Shown: positions 27,610 to 41,469, numbered from the stretch's first letter. The stretch is 64,000 nt of DNA from the human T2T-CHM13v2.0 reference genome, Homo sapiens (GCF_009914755.1 NC_060926.1), one strand, 5' to 3'. Program-made: numbers and translations. Notes: generated by a model from the letters alone, not told the origin.

Positions 27610-28070
27610 CAGCACTTCTCAAACTTTTTGCTTTCAAGATCCTGTTACACTAAAAAGTTATTGAGAACATGTAATAATTATGTGTTATAGCTATCAATAT
27701 TACCCTACTAGAAATTAAAACTGACATTGTAAACATTTACTTATTAATATATTCTCAAAATATCTCTTCCATGTTAACATAAGTGTGGTTTTATTTGATT
27801 AAAAAATAACCACATTTTTTCCAAGCCAAAAGTATTTAGTGAGAAGAGTAGCACTGTATTTATATAGTACTATTTTATAATGAGATTTTAGTAAATCTTA
27901 TTAATTGTCTGGGTTCTTATATCTGCTTCTTCATTCAATTTATTGTCATATTGAATAGTATCTTGCGTCTGGAAAAACCTCCTTTGTACACCCATGGGAA
28001 AGTGAGGATGAAATAAACAAAATCATCTTAATATTACTATGCAAATAGTTCTGATCCTGCAGAATCTCCA
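27610..28070. mobile_element. hAT-Charlie family DNA transposon fossil
   Basis: Starts CAGCACTTCTCAAACTTTTTG...TTACACT...TTATTGAG...TAGAAATTAAAACTGA; later TTTAGTGAGAAGAGTAGCACTG; subfamily uncertain. Confidence 0.65.
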
Positions 28071-28679
28071 CAATGCTAATTTTATAAAACATTGAATCCA
28101 CGTGCCTATCTACACTCCCCTGTATGATGGGTTCAGCATAACCTGACACTTAATAGGTACTTTCATGTAGAACTGTGTGATTATGGAGAACATTCTGTCA
28201 CCCTGGATCTCTTCTCAGGACCACTTCTCTTTACCTTCAAAGAAGTTTAAGAAAGAAAAGAAGATAATAAAAATGAAAAAAATAGACTCGTGGGATCCTT
28301 ATGAGGAACAAAATTATATTCCTGGGACTCTGGATTTCTGTAATCCTTCTGAAGTAGTCAACCTTAGTAGGTTCTAAAATGATTTCAGAAACATGTTAGT
28401 TTCAAAGAAAATAGGATATTGAAAGTGTGTTGTGTGGCATGGATGGGGCACGGCTAAACAACATATCTAGATCCTGCTGATGTTTTATCATATGATCATG
28501 GATGCAATATAGCACAGCTTATTAACGTAAGTGCCATAATTTTCAGATAGGTATAACTATCTGTGAATAGCCAAATTAATCTATTCAAAGTATTGTAAGC
28601 CTTGAAAAAGCAACAGAAGTATTTTCACAGTTTGAAATTGGTTTTTTGATAATGCGAGTTTAAGATCGACATTTCTCAT

Positions 28680-29560
28680 CTATTTGTTTAGCTAATGCTT
28701 GTTGATCACCTACTGTGTAGTGTGGGAAAAACATACAAGGAGATATATCTTCTGCCTTCAAATATCTTACAGTCTAGTGAAATCTACCAGTAAAACACAA
28801 CAGTTAATAATACAGAGTAATAAATGTTAGGGAGACCAAGATGACTTAAGAATGCATAAAAGAGGATATGGCCCAGTCTTGTAGGAAGAGTGAGGTTTCC
28901 TAGGAAAAGTAAAGGTATCTTAAGAATGAATGGAATTGGTCTGGTTGGAATTCATATGGAACAGGGAAGATATGCCGAGTAGCAGGCAAGTTGAGAGAGC
29001 ATGCAATTTGTTTGCTGATGTGAGAGAATTTCTGATGGCTAGAGTGAGGAGCATGTGGGTCAATAAGAGAGGGATTAAAATGTGAAAAAAGAGAAGGGAA
29101 GTGACTTGAAAAAAGTTTGGACTTATTTTTGAGATAATTATGGAGTCCTCGAAGGGTTTTAATGAAAAGATAATCACAAATAAGCTTGCATTTTATCAAA
29201 TTCACTTTGGCTTCAATTTAGACATAGAAGCCAAGACTAGTTAACAGACTGTTGTGCTGACCCTAGAAAAAGGGGTTGGAGGCCTACTTAGGGAAGCAGT
29301 TGAACTGATCATGGAAAGTGGAAAAATTCTAAATATATTGAGAAAGGTGAATAAACAGGCTTTAATGATTGGTACAGATGTGAGGACAGGGTGAAGAGCA
29401 ATACTTAGTGTTTTCAGTAGGTTGCTGACGTAGCAATTGAATACTTTCATTGAAATAGGGAGTCCAGTAGGAGGAATATATTGGTGCAGGTGTGGGAGAT
29501 AGGAAATGAATTCAGTACTTTTGAGATATCCAAGTTGATATCTCATGTTGAGTATTGCAT
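28680..29560 (-). mobile_element. L2 fragment (appears to resume at about 30180-30360 and 30970-31180 after LTR insertions)
   Basis: TTGATCACCTACTGTGT...CTGCCTTCAAATATCTTACAGTCTAGTG...GAAGGGTTTTAA...TCACTTTGGCT...GAGATATCCAAGT, typical antisense L2. Confidence 0.7.
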
Positions 29561-29697
29561 GGCATCTGTGGAGTCCACTAGAATATGAAATCCATCAGAT
29601 TGATGACTCATGACATTATGGAGTTCACAAAATTATGGAATCCACTTGACTAACTTCCATAAAATGGAAAACCTTATCACTTTGCTTCTTATTCTTA

Positions 29698-29699
<2 letters not shown>

Positions 29700-29730
<31 letters not shown>
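29700..29730. repeat. (TG)15 microsatellite
   Basis: Direct reading. Confidence 0.96.
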
Positions 29731-29732
<2 letters not shown>

Positions 29733-29749
29733 CTGTATGTGTATCCTAC

Positions 29750-30093
29750 TGTATTAGTCCATGCTGCTATAAAGACATACATAAGACTGGGAAGGAAAAG
29801 AGGTTTACTTGGACTTACAGTTCCATATGGCTGGGGAGGCCTCAGAACCATGGCAGGAGGCAAAAGGCACTTCTTACATGGCGGCAGCAAGAGAAAATGA
29901 GAAAGATGCAAAAGCGGAAACCCCTGATAAAACCATCAGATCTCGTGAGGCTTATTCACTACCACGAGAACAGTATGGGGGACACTGGCCCCATGATTCA
30001 AATTATCTCCCACCAGGTCCCTCCCACAACACATGGGAATTCTGTGTACAATTCAAGATGATATTTCAGTGGGGACACAGCCAAACCATATCT
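29750..30093 (-). mobile_element. THE1 (THE1C-like) MaLR solo LTR with a 5-bp TSD
   Basis: TGTATTAGTCC...AAAACCATCAGATCTCGTGAG...GGGGACACAGCCAAACCATATCT; CCTAC at 29745-29749 and 30094-30098. Confidence 0.93.
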
Positions 30094-30429
30094 CCTACTA
30101 TATATCTGATGAATAGTTAAAATTCAATAAATATTTATATAATAAATTAATTAAAAATAGCATCAATAAAAAATCTGAAGATCAGAGGAGAGACTTAGAA
30201 TGACTTTATAGATTTGGAAGTCGTTAGCATATGGATGAGATTGAGGTCAAGGGAGTAGCTGCAATAAGCACAGGTAGATAATGTGGAGTGAAATGAGAAG
30301 GGACATTAAAAAGTATCTGGGGGAGTTGCAACTTATTAGTAGATAAGGAATAGACAGAGGAAACTTAAAAGTAACTTAAGAAACAGAGGAAAATGAACCT
30401 ATAAACACTACAGAAAACAAGAGCCAGAA

Positions 30430-30900
30430 ATAAATTATATCAATCAATGTTTTTATAAGAAACAGTGGCTGAGTATCTTATACAAATATAACTTTACTGA
30501 AGAATATCCGGAGATAACAGAAATAATGAGGATATGGAGAACTAGGTTTGGAAAATGGGTATGAACAAACCAAGCTCTGGAGAACTGGATAGCATAAAAG
30601 ACAATAAATGCAATGCAGAAGGAATTGGGAGAGGGTTGTCACTGCCAGTAAATGAAAATGGTCTCTAACTATCCCTACATCTGGACTTGATCAAGCTTCA
30701 AGCCCTAGGAGAAAGTATCTGATTAACTGAGCCTTGCTTACAGCACTGCACCTTGTTCTAGGGAAAAGAGAAGGTTTTGTCCCTTCAGTTTCCATAAATG
30801 AGAAGCAACTGTCACCCACCAAAACTCCATACCAATGGAGCATTCCCCAAAAGGTAAGTAGAAATGACAATAGGAGGGGGAGGGTAGAGGTTGAGTTGAA
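30430..30900. mobile_element. very old MaLR LTR relic (MLT1L/M-like)
   Basis: GGAGAACTAGGTTTGGAAAATGGG...AGCTCTGGAGAACTGGATAGCA and GGAGAAAGTATCTGATTAACTGAGCC resemble old MLT1 LTRs; weak. Confidence 0.35.
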
Positions 30901-33900
30901 CAACAACAACAAAATGACAAAGGTCTTTATGAGACAAAAGATAGAAAACTGTGGCAATCTGGTAAATACAGATAAATTTGGGTAAGAGATAAAAGCAAAT
31001 ACTTATTCATTGGCAGTAGCAACAAGAGGATTATCGGTAACTTAGGTAAGTGCAGTACGAGTAGAGTGCTGGAAACCAGTAGTGCTAGAAACCAGGGAAG
31101 AATAAGTTGAGGTGTGAGAGTTGAGTGAGAGAGTAGAAATAAGGTAGACAACTCTTTTAAGAATTTTAGTTTGCAGTAAAACAAAACTTAATTTGTTTTA
31201 TGTTTTGGAAAATTCAGAATGGTAGGGAAAACAATTCACTCTTAGGTAGGGATTTTTTAATTCTGATGGTCAGGGTAGGAGTTTTAAAGCTTGCAGGACC
31301 ATAGATGGATACATTTCTGTATCTGGGCATTTGTCTATACACTGGAATCCTTTGCTCTTTTTGTAGGACACCAATAAGTTGCAGAACTCTTTAAGTGCCT
31401 TTGCCTTTGCCTCTTAAGGTCTTGGCTAATGATTTACCACTTTAATGCCTTAATGTACAGTGCTGTTATGCTTAATGTTGGTGTCTTCATAGTTAGAACC
31501 TACTAGCGTTGGCTACTTAAGAAGAATTAAAGAAGTCCAGAGCTCCAGCTACATAATTTTGTTTCTCATAAGGATCCCAAGAACTAGGATTTCAAGCACA
31601 TTGAGGACAGGAGCTATTCCTCACAGTACTGACCACAGTATTGAGCACAAAATAGTGCCCATGCTTAGGAAATACTGATTGATTAGTTTATTGATTTTTG
31701 AGAACATTGACTAAAGTGACATTTACCTACAAATTTTCACAGAAGTTATTTTTGTTTTCTTTTTTGAAGTTTCATTTGATATATTTTTTACTCCCTTTAT
31801 CAGCTCCCCTATGCAAAGCTGTTATGAAAAAGCATGATAAGGTGTGCATTTTTGCACTTTAAGAATAAATTTTTAGATTGGAAACATTGAAAACAAACTG
31901 AAACCAATGAAAAGTGTATTTTACTGACTTATATCTAAAAATGGCACTGCCCAATTTAAGCTATTTTTAAAACCTGTATATTCATGCAGCTTGCATACCA
32001 AAATGAAAATTGGTGAGCTATAAACCCTTGAAAAACAGGGTTTATAATGGAAACAGTAATTGACCCTTAAGTACAACATCAAAAATACAATACTATATAA
32101 TACAAAGCCCAGGGCTTGGGATCCCATCTCTGTTCTAACCTCAGACTGGCACACTAACCCAACACCACAAAGCCAACTAATAGTTATATTTTGAGATGTT
32201 TTCTTCTTACATGGCAGAGAAAATGGATAAGCGATCCAATAGCCACATGCAGCTAAGTTTCACAGAACCAGCACCCTAAATATCTTTAATAAACTCACAA
32301 CTCTTTTTCAGAGCCAATACCCAGTAAAATAATTGGACTTACTTGGAAAAACAATTTATTTATTGTTTTTAAATGGAAACTCCTACTCCTGAAGTCGTGC
32401 CATGTTGCATCATGGTCTTTGGGTATGTGACATTATACCACAGGATGCGGTGAAGCTAGAATGACCAGTTGTCAGGAAAGCTCATGGAATCACGGAACAT
32501 ACTCAGAATATTTAGAGTTGTCTTCAACTTTGCTCTAGTTCATAGTTGGTCCAGTTTTCCCATTTTCTAAACCACAACTACCCATTTTTATCAAGAGAAA
32601 ATGTGATCTAAACTAAAGAGAAAAATGCAAGTATTAAACTTGATTAATGAGATCTGAAGGGTATATTCAGATTCCGGGTTTCAATTTCAACTTGGCTCTA
32701 GGCAAAGAGGGGTGTGTGCACACATACAAAGAATCTTAGCCGATACTCTTTTGTTGTTGCTGTTATGGTGTGGAGGGGAAGGGGTTAAGGGAGTTTATTG
32801 CTAAAGAAGGAAAGTTCAGAGATTCCTTTCATTTTAAGGTTGAAATATGTGAGCATTGCCAGCTTATTTTTTTAAGAAGCTTCCAAAGAATTTGTCAGCT
32901 GAAAATAGTCAAGATTTTGCCTTCTAAAATGTCATCTATTTACACAAATCGAGCAGGACTATTTGGTGTTTCCTTCTTGGGCATTCTGTTTCTGTTGCAT
33001 GTATAACTTATGAACTTGTAAAATGAGTGAAATATTATTGATTTCATTTATCTACATAAAACCTCTTCGTCTATTCTGTGACCAAGACACTAACTGAGCT
33101 TTGGAGTAAGGACCGTGGGAGAGGTTGGAACTGGGACAGAGAAGGGTATTTTCTTTGTGAGAGTGTTCAGAGGATTTTAGAAGCGATGGTGTCTTTTCTA
33201 GGATTTAGCAGTTTTGCTAATTGTAATTAAAATGTTGTCTTTGTATGGTGATATGAATAGCTAATATGCATCTTAAAATTTCAGTGCTTAAAAATAAATA
33301 CAAATCAATTCTGATGTTACAACAGAGCACTTTTATGGCATTTTTCATGCCTTTCTTTAAGTACTAAGATCTGTCTCAGATAACTTCAGGATATTATGAT
33401 TTCTATTATTTACTGAATGTTAGATTTTTTTAAGCGCCCCCCACACACATATTTGAACACAAATACATACCTTCTTCCCTATTTTCTCTCTTATTCCCTA
33501 TGTCCTTCCTTATAATTCATTCATATACTGTATTTGCTTCATCCTAATTTCTACTCTTCGTGAATTCTGTATTTTCTTTCAAGGCTTATTACGACTACAC
33601 ATAAATAATTATGTAGTGGGTTACGGTTTTGAAATGTTAGCTGATACATTACCTTTTATATCCTTATACCCTTAGTTCTTCCCCTAAAATTCAGGAAAGT
33701 AATAACGTGGTAAAATGCTAAGTAAAAATTGGTAAAGTCTTAGCTTTTGAGTTTCGAAAGCCTATTTTTCTGGGGAAGTAGAAAAACTCAGGGCATAGAC
33801 AAAACATTTAAAAACTACCCAATACATTCAGAGCCAAGCTGCCTTATTGCCATTAGTTAAAACCTTCTCAGCCTGGGGAGGTGTACAGAAAGTTGGAAAA

Positions 33901-34859
33901 TAAACATTGAAAATTTAGAATGGGTGGGTCCCTGAGAAAAGAACAAGACCCTGCGTCCTTCTCTTTGGTTAGTCCTTGATGGGTGGGAAGAAGGATGTGT
34001 AAGGGAGAGGGAAAGTGGGGCAACAGTCACCCAAAACAGGATATGTCAAAGCACCGGGTCTCACGCAGAGCCAAGGCTTCAGGCAAGGACATCAAGTGTC
34101 AAGGTCACAGCCTGAATGGGAACCTCTGAGATGTCTGGTGTCCTGGTCTTCACCCACTAGTCCACACGGGCTGCTTCTGGATCCTGCCTGGCAAAACGGT
34201 TCAGGACTGGTGGTTTTTTCTTTTTCTCTTCCTTTCCAGGCCCCCTCTTGCATCTCTGAGCAAAATTCTGCCAGTCTCATGGTCTGCTGGGGTCACAGGA
34301 ATCTCTGAGAGGCCTTTTGTCATATTTTTGGCTACGCTTAAGCACATGGGCATTATGCTACTGTCATGAGATGCAAACACTCTCTGAGCCAACTCAGATC
34401 CACCAGGCCTGACAGCCTGCAGCCTGCTGCTTCCACCCCCAAGTCTCCACGTGGGAAAGGAGCACCAGTCTCCTCACACTCAGCCAGCCAATCTAAGATT
34501 TCTATTTTTCCCTTGCCTGAACCTGACTAGGTAGAAGAGGAAGCAGATAGCCAGAAATCTTTCTTCAGGACTCACTCAACATGTACCCTATCATCCTCTA
34601 GGAAACTGAATACTTTATCTTGAAATATGATATCTTGGTTCTAACTCACTAATTAATACATTTTTTACAACCTGAGGTTTATTTCTTTGCTTCCTTTTGA
34701 GGACTAAGCTAAGAATAGACTTGTTTGTTTGAATTTTTTTTTTTAATTTAAGTTGTGGCATATTCCTTTCCTGAGGCAAAAGCATAGAAGATATTAATTG
34801 GCTAAATAAAGAAAGTCTAAGAAAATATATAGAAAATATATGAATTCACATTTCAAAAT

Positions 34860-35035
34860 ATCACCCTACCACAATTATTTGTGCAGTTATTCATTTAATA
34901 CACATCTCTCCTGCTAAAATATAAGCTCTTTTGAAGGCAGTATCATTTTTGTGTTCATCACTCTATGCTCAGCAACTTGTACCATTGCCTGAAACATAGT
35001 AAGTGCTCAATAAATATTTATTGAATAAATGAATA
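34860..35035 (+). mobile_element. L2 3' end
   Basis: TAAGCTCTTTTGAAGGCAG...GCCTGAAACATAGTAAGTGCTCAATAAATATTTATTGAATAAATGAAT. Confidence 0.8.
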
Positions 35036-35818
35036 ATAACATAGTAAAAAAATGCCTAAAGCAATTCTTGTTACTACTAGGTGTTACTTCATCCATCCAT
35101 AATGCAAAATTAGAATGAGGTAAGATACAGTGAGCCTTTTTGTTTTTTAACCATTGTTGATCTGAGTGAGATTTGAATAATCTGTTGAGAGAAAAATCAT
35201 CATTTAGATTAATGTAGAATTTCTAGCAAATTGATTAACTTAGAGTAGTTAAAAATTCTTTTTAAGTATAACTCTGCAAGGTACACAAGGTTATAATGAG
35301 GAACACAAGACTCATGAAAACTTTGTTCCTAGTTCTGAGTATTAGTTATAAAGTAATTTTCCTTTTTAAAAAGAATGCTGTAAGGTTTTTATTTTATTCT
35401 TGGCTCAAAGCAAAATTTCAGGTGAATTCATCTTTGATTCTTTTTTGAGGTGCTCTCTAAAACTCTATTTCAATAACAATTACCTGCTAAAAATTCCTAC
35501 TCCCTAGGCTGTTGTATCTGAATGTAGTTCTCATTGACCTAAATGGAGAGGAAAAGTGTGTTGCCGAAGGGAGATACTCCAGAGGTTCTCTCTTCTGTGT
35601 GTCACAGAAGTGTGTGTGTGTATTTGTGCACATATGTGCTCAAGAGTCACTAACCTACATGTTTTCACCCATGCAAGAAAAAAGAATTCAATTCTGGGAA
35701 TTAAAAACTAGACTTAATGTATACTTCCAACTGTATAGAACATACAGATTAACAGAGGAGAATATTCCTATTCTACTCAATGATTCCGTAGAGATAGACC
35801 TGGAAGTTTCTTAAACAT

Positions 35819-35870
35819 TGTTGTGTATGTGTTTGTGTGTGTTTGTGTGTGTGTGTGTGTGTGTGCGCGC
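35819..35870. repeat. interrupted (TG)n microsatellite ending in (CG)n
   Basis: TGTGTATGTGTTTGTGTGTGTTTGTGTGTGTGTGTGTGTGTGTGCGCGC. Confidence 0.9.
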
Positions 35871-36925
35871 TAATCTGTGGGCAATGTGCATGATTAGAAT
35901 GAATCAAAATATTATAGATAGTAGCAAAATGGAGAGGTCCATTTCCCATAGATCATCTATTGATGGATGGCTGGTTGCTCTGCTTTACTCTGGATCTAAT
36001 TCATACATTCTTCCCTAGTCATTCAAGCCAACCTTCATTCAATAATGTAAAATGCAACTTTGAAAACACACAATACATATAGAACACACAATAGATAAAA
36101 CTATAGCTAGTCAGCATGTATTAAGTACTTATGAACGCAGCATATTCTCACTTTTCTTTTTGACAGTTCCTTCATTTAGTTAAAAGTTTTTGTTCTAGAG
36201 AGAGAATCAGGTGGAATATGGGAAAGTGAGCTAATAAATTTAATTGGTTGAGGAAATCAATCAAGATGATTTGTCATTTGTAAAATAATTAATGTCTTCA
36301 CTTCAGCCTAAGGAGATCAACAGAATTACCTTTCTAAATCTTTCTATTGATGTTTATATGTTAAAGATAATTCCGGAGACTTCTTCTTGGTGTTGAGAAA
36401 AGTCCATTTTGTTTGTTTTAAATTTTGTATTTTTTTCACATTGATCACTCAAAAGGGAAAAAGATACTAAATATTCATTCATATTTGGAATTTTTTAAAT
36501 TGTAGAAGCAATCAGCAGTAGTTTAGTAAAAGAAATAAAAATGGATCTACGAATACCACTTCAGTCTTGTGCAATAGAGGAAAGTTTGAGTGATAAAGTT
36601 TGAATCTGTTGTGGACTGACATTTCTAAAGCAGTCACCATGAAGCATGACTCAAAAAGCAGATTTTAGCATAGACCACAAAATACATATTTATATTGTAG
36701 TTTTTTAAAAAACTATTTCTTATTGTTATGGGAACTTGTCCTGCCTTTGAAATTTTGAAAGAGAAAAAGTAGGAAGAAAGCAATCTTTTTTGAGGCATGT
36801 ATTTTAGGTGTATGCAGAATTTTTTTTCTTAAATAAGGCTTGTTCCTTTCCTTCTTATATTTCTTTCTTTCATATTAATGTCTATAAGAGTCTTATTATT
36901 TCAGGAGTACAACAGAAACTTTTAT

Positions 36926-37257
36926 TTTTTATTTTTAATTAATATATTTTTTTAAATTTTTATCTTTGAAACAGAGTCTTGCTCTGTCCCCCAGGCTGGA
37001 GTGCAGTGGTATGATCTTGGCTCACTACAACCTCTGCCTCCTGGGTTCAAGAGACTCTTCTGCCACAGCCTCCCGAGTAGCTAGGACTGCAGGTGCACAC
37101 CACCACACTGGGCTAATTTTTATTTATTTATTTTTTTAATAAAAACGGGTTTTCACCATGTTGGCTAGGCTGGTCTTGAACTCCTGACCTCAAATCATCT
37201 CTCCACCTCGGCCTCCCAGAGTGCTGGGGTTACAGGCATGAGCTACCATGCCAAGCC
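36926..37257 (-). mobile_element. full-length AluS (Sx/Sz-like)
   Basis: Both arms antisense with a degenerate AT-rich tail; diverged TSD CAACAGAAACTTTTAT at 36910-36925 and CAATGGCAACTTTTAT at 37258-37273. Confidence 0.92.
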
Positions 37258-37929
37258 CAATGGCAACTTTTATCACGACCTGAAAATTGTCACACTGTGG
37301 ACTGGCTTTGTGAAAAATTAAGAAGATAGTGAATGAACTGGGCTCCTAGTCTTTCCCTTTTTCAGGACATAGGCCTTATCTCTGGAGGGGAACCTTGTCC
37401 AATGTTGCCATCAAGATCTGGTATGTCCAATGCTGCTAGTGGATTGAAATCTTGACCAGATTATTCATTACCTTGTTTTTTTCTTTCTACAACTTTTCCT
37501 TCTTCTTTCTTTCCTCATCTCTCCCCACCACACTTTCCTCTCCGATTCTACAGGTCTGCAACAACCAGAAACTTAGTCTTCACTAATTATGGCTCCAGGA
37601 TTCTTGTGATTATTTTACTTTCCATTTAAATAGGATATAATTAATACCATTGAATATTCTGAGCATGTGGCTACTAATGGGTTTCTTTTTGCTCTTGAGA
37701 GAGAAACAAATATTGAAACCAGAAGCTGTTGGAGAGATTTGATCTTTTGAAAAAGATATAAAATTTGCTTACTCATATTTATAATTGTGACAAGACCTCT
37801 AGGAATCCATGCATTATGTCTTTTATGTGAGGAAAGCAGAGAATGTTTGTTTTGACTGCATTATAACCAAACACTATTAAACAAAGTTGAGTATATTCCT
37901 AGCTTCCCTATGCCAGACTAGGTAGTATC

Positions 37930-38700
37930 TTGTGGCCACTTGAAGGAATTTGGCCTTCACTTGAATGCAGTGGAAGTCACTGACATTTTACTGAGGAGAA
38001 GGGGGAAAAGACACAAGTGGTGAATATAGCTAGAATTTTCATTTTGGAAAGAGCAATCTGGATATGGTATGGAAAACCACATTGAATGTGAATGGCTACC
38101 TTTGATAGGAGGTTGCTGCAGTAGTCTAAGACAGAGAGGATGAGAGCTTGGACTGGGATGTCGGTAGAGGAAAGAAAAGAACAGAAAGGTGTCAATAAAT
38201 GTTTTTCTATTATGGAATGGATATGGAGGAGTTTAAGAGAAGGCATGTGCAGAATGCCCCTGGCAACTGACTTGTGCATTGGTGTCCTGAGATGCCCTTC
38301 AATGGCGAAGGAGAGTGTTGCTGAGGAAGAAGGCCAGGATAGAAGGAAAACTGTGTGTTTCATTTTGACCTATTGCTTTTGAAATATCCAAGTGAAAGTA
38401 TCCAGAGAGAAGTGGGATACAAGGCCTGGTGCTCAGAGGAGAGATCTAGACCACAGATATACAACAGTGAAACTTTGTGTGTGGTTCGTCATGGGGAATG
38501 AATAAGGCTGCCTAAGAAGAAGATAAAAGGAGGAGAAAAAAGCAACACAACCTGCCCAGGAAAATACAACATTGAAATGATGAAGAAGAAACAAATGTTG
38601 AAAAACGAAACCAATGGTCAGGGAGGCGGGAGGAAAAGAAGAAAGTATAATAGTATAAAAGTGGAGGAAAGAGAAGTTACAAGATGGAGGAAAATGAAAA
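37930..38700 (-). mobile_element. L2 fragment
   Basis: GGCCACTTGAAGGAATTTGG...GGAGGTTGCTGCAGTAGTCTAAG...GAAATATCCAAGTGAAAGTATCCAG...GCTCAGAGGAGAGATCTAG. Confidence 0.7.
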
Positions 38701-39044
38701 TAAAATGTATTACAGGCTCTGCTATCCTGAGGCAAAACTGATTTATATTTTTTGTTTCTTTGTGGGCTTTGTTAGAAGGACTTGCATATGCTACAAAAGC
38801 AAAAACAAAAAGCGAAAAAACTAAAATAAAAAAAACTAATGACATTATTCTAACGAGACAGATAAACAGAACTTGGTAGTGGAATCCAATGAGTAAGGCT
38901 TGTTCAGTGATTATTAGGTAATTGTGTCACAAATTAGCACCATGGATTTTTCCTTCAAAGCATTTAACATCAGTTGTAACTATAAATTTGCCTTCCTTTC
39001 TTCTTTCTCTCTTTTCCCCCTTCCCCTCCCCATGTTTTCTTTCA

Positions 39045-39150
39045 TTGCAGGGACCTTGTCTGGTTTCTACCACTGTGTCCCCAGCATCTAGCATAGTGCC
39101 TGCAAAAGTATCCAGAAGGCATTCAATATTTGTAGAGAAACACACAAATG
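39045..39150 (+). mobile_element. L2 3' end
   Basis: GCAGGGACCTTGTCTGG...CCACTGTGTCCCCAGCATCTAGCATAGTGCCTG...TCAATATTTGT. Confidence 0.75.
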
Positions 39151-39459
39151 AATCTCAAATATGCAATAAAAAGAGAGAAGCTCTGGATTAGGGGGGAAAA
39201 AACAAAAACCTTATACTTCATCCTGCTCCGGATCATTTGGTTTTAAAATATCTAGGGCCTCTCTTTCTTAATACATAAAAGCATATGTCTTGACCAGAAG
39301 TATTCCAAGATAACTTCTGGATCCAAAGTTCCATGAGTCTATTTACCTAACTCTGCTAAAATGTTGGGGCAGATCTCTCTGAAAAAAGCTTCTTCTAAAA
39401 ACATGTTGCCATCCAGGTTGGCTTTATGCTGTGCCAGCGATATTTGAAGAAGGCCAACC

Positions 39460-39956
39460 CCTTAGAGACATTGCATGATCTCATCCTCTGGCAGCTCACC
39501 TATTGGCCATTGCCCTGCCTTGAAGCCAGGAGCCGGTGAGCCTGATAATGTCCCACATCAGCTGTCTTGTTTCCTTTGCTTTTTGCCCCAGGCTTCTGTG
39601 CAGCTGCAGAATAAAAGGCCGGGCATGTGCCCCACTGGAAGTGTCTGGAATCCATGGCTTCAATAGACCTTTGACGAGTGGGAAGTTGGAACCATGATGA
39701 AATACTGCCCTCTAGACTGATCTCAGGAGGACAATTCTGGGGTGAATTCTATACGGTTTCTCAGAGGGTCCCCGGTAGCACTGAGCCCCCATTTCCACAG
39801 TCATATTCAGTTCAATAATATTTTTCCTCCTTTCCTGTTTTGCTTTCTCCAGCGCCCATTGCTAGTTGCTTCCTGGAGGAATTTCCCAAAATAAAAGTGC
39901 CTATCCACAAATCCTTCTCCTGAGGCTGCTTTTTTGGAGAATTCAAGTTAAGGAAG
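39460..39956 (+). mobile_element. LTR16-family (ERVL) solo LTR
   Basis: GGACAATTCTGGGGTGAATTCTATACGGTTTCTCAGAGGGTCCCC...CTGAGCCCC...GCTTCCTGG...CCCAAAATAAAA...AAATCCTT matches the recalled LTR16C-type 3' half; left edge approximate. Confidence 0.65.
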
Positions 39957-41469
39957 ATTTCTATTGGATCAGTATATGTACATGAAGTTCACTTTACTCT
40001 TCATTCCCAGTGAAAATGCTTTGGCAATTTTGAGTACAATTTAAATATTTTCTTCATTATTTTGCATTTCAGTTTTAGACATGCTTTATCTTTATTCTGT
40101 TATAAAACTTTAATTAAGACTTCCAACTCTTATATACTACCTCAGATATCTTCTAGCTTTTATACCAGAGAGATGATAATCTGTAAATAAATATTTAAAT
40201 GTACTAGAAATTCAGCTATTAAAGGACTATTATGAAGACGTAATCCTTTTGCTGGTAAAAGCAAACTTACTTACTGGCTAGTATATGTATTTTCATGTAT
40301 TTTAACTCAGATTTTATTTGTGTTATTTCAGGTTTGTATGGATTTTAATCCCTATTGCTGGTGCACTTCACTTGGGCTTGGAAGCTTTTTTCCCATTTTC
40401 GTAGTAATGATCCATAAATACTTTGAATAGTATGTACACATAGATATTTCTCTTTTTATTGGGAAAAAAGAAAGTATTTTTCTTGCTGTTCCTGCAACTC
40501 ATTAATCACAATGCTATATATGCTATTAATTATGCTTAAATGTAGTTTGCTTGTTTAATTTGTGAACCTCCAATAACTCAAGACTTTCAAATTATTTGTC
40601 TTCCATGTTGACATTTTGATTACTAAAACATTCCTAAAGCTAGAAGAAGGACTAATAATGTAGGATTAAAACTATGAATCACCTTTTGATTAAACACTCA
40701 GCAATCTTTGTTGCTAAATCTTCACTCAGAGACTAACTCTAAGTCTCATTTGAACTTATAGATGTTAATTCCATATTGATCACCATAGCCTGGTAGATGC
40801 AATGCATATTCACTCAGCTCATAGTTTTAATTTAAAGTGGATATTGATGCTTTGTAATGAGAACAGTGATCTCTAATCATGCAGCTTCAATAAATAAAGC
40901 TGAGGGAACAGTGGGCAGCATTGGTGACAGTGGCATTTGGTGACAATCTGTTCTAAATGTTGAATGTAACATATCTCTTGAGTTCACATGTTCACTCAAC
41001 TCCATCTCTACTGAAGTAACCTAGACTTCCGTTTATATAGTCTTGATAGTGGTAATAATATATGTGTAAATATAAAGATGTTTATTTTGTAAAATAACTC
41101 ACACATCTCATCTAATTTGACTTGAAAAATTATCTTTTGATGTGTATGAAACAGTTATAGATATTTCCATTTAGCGTCAGATAAATTGTGTTACTGGTGA
41201 CCAAATTACAATAACTAACAAATGGGGAATGCAGAAACCAGGTGCTCTGGTTCCTGGGCCAGTGATATTCTAGATTTCCACTGTTCTCTGCTTTATGTTC
41301 TCACTACGCATTGTCTCCTCAACTAGTGTCTTCCATACACAAACTCACTCTCTCTCTCACATTCTTCCCTCCTCCACCTGTTTCAATAAATAGTAAGATA
41401 CGCACTGGGAACTAGAACAGCTGAATCTTTTGTATTTTTAGTCAACCTGAATTTTGGATATAATCTTGC

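Noticed and set aside
29610-30120. Four overlapping ORFs of 92-118 aa
   Set aside because: They arise from the (TG)n tract and the THE1 LTR
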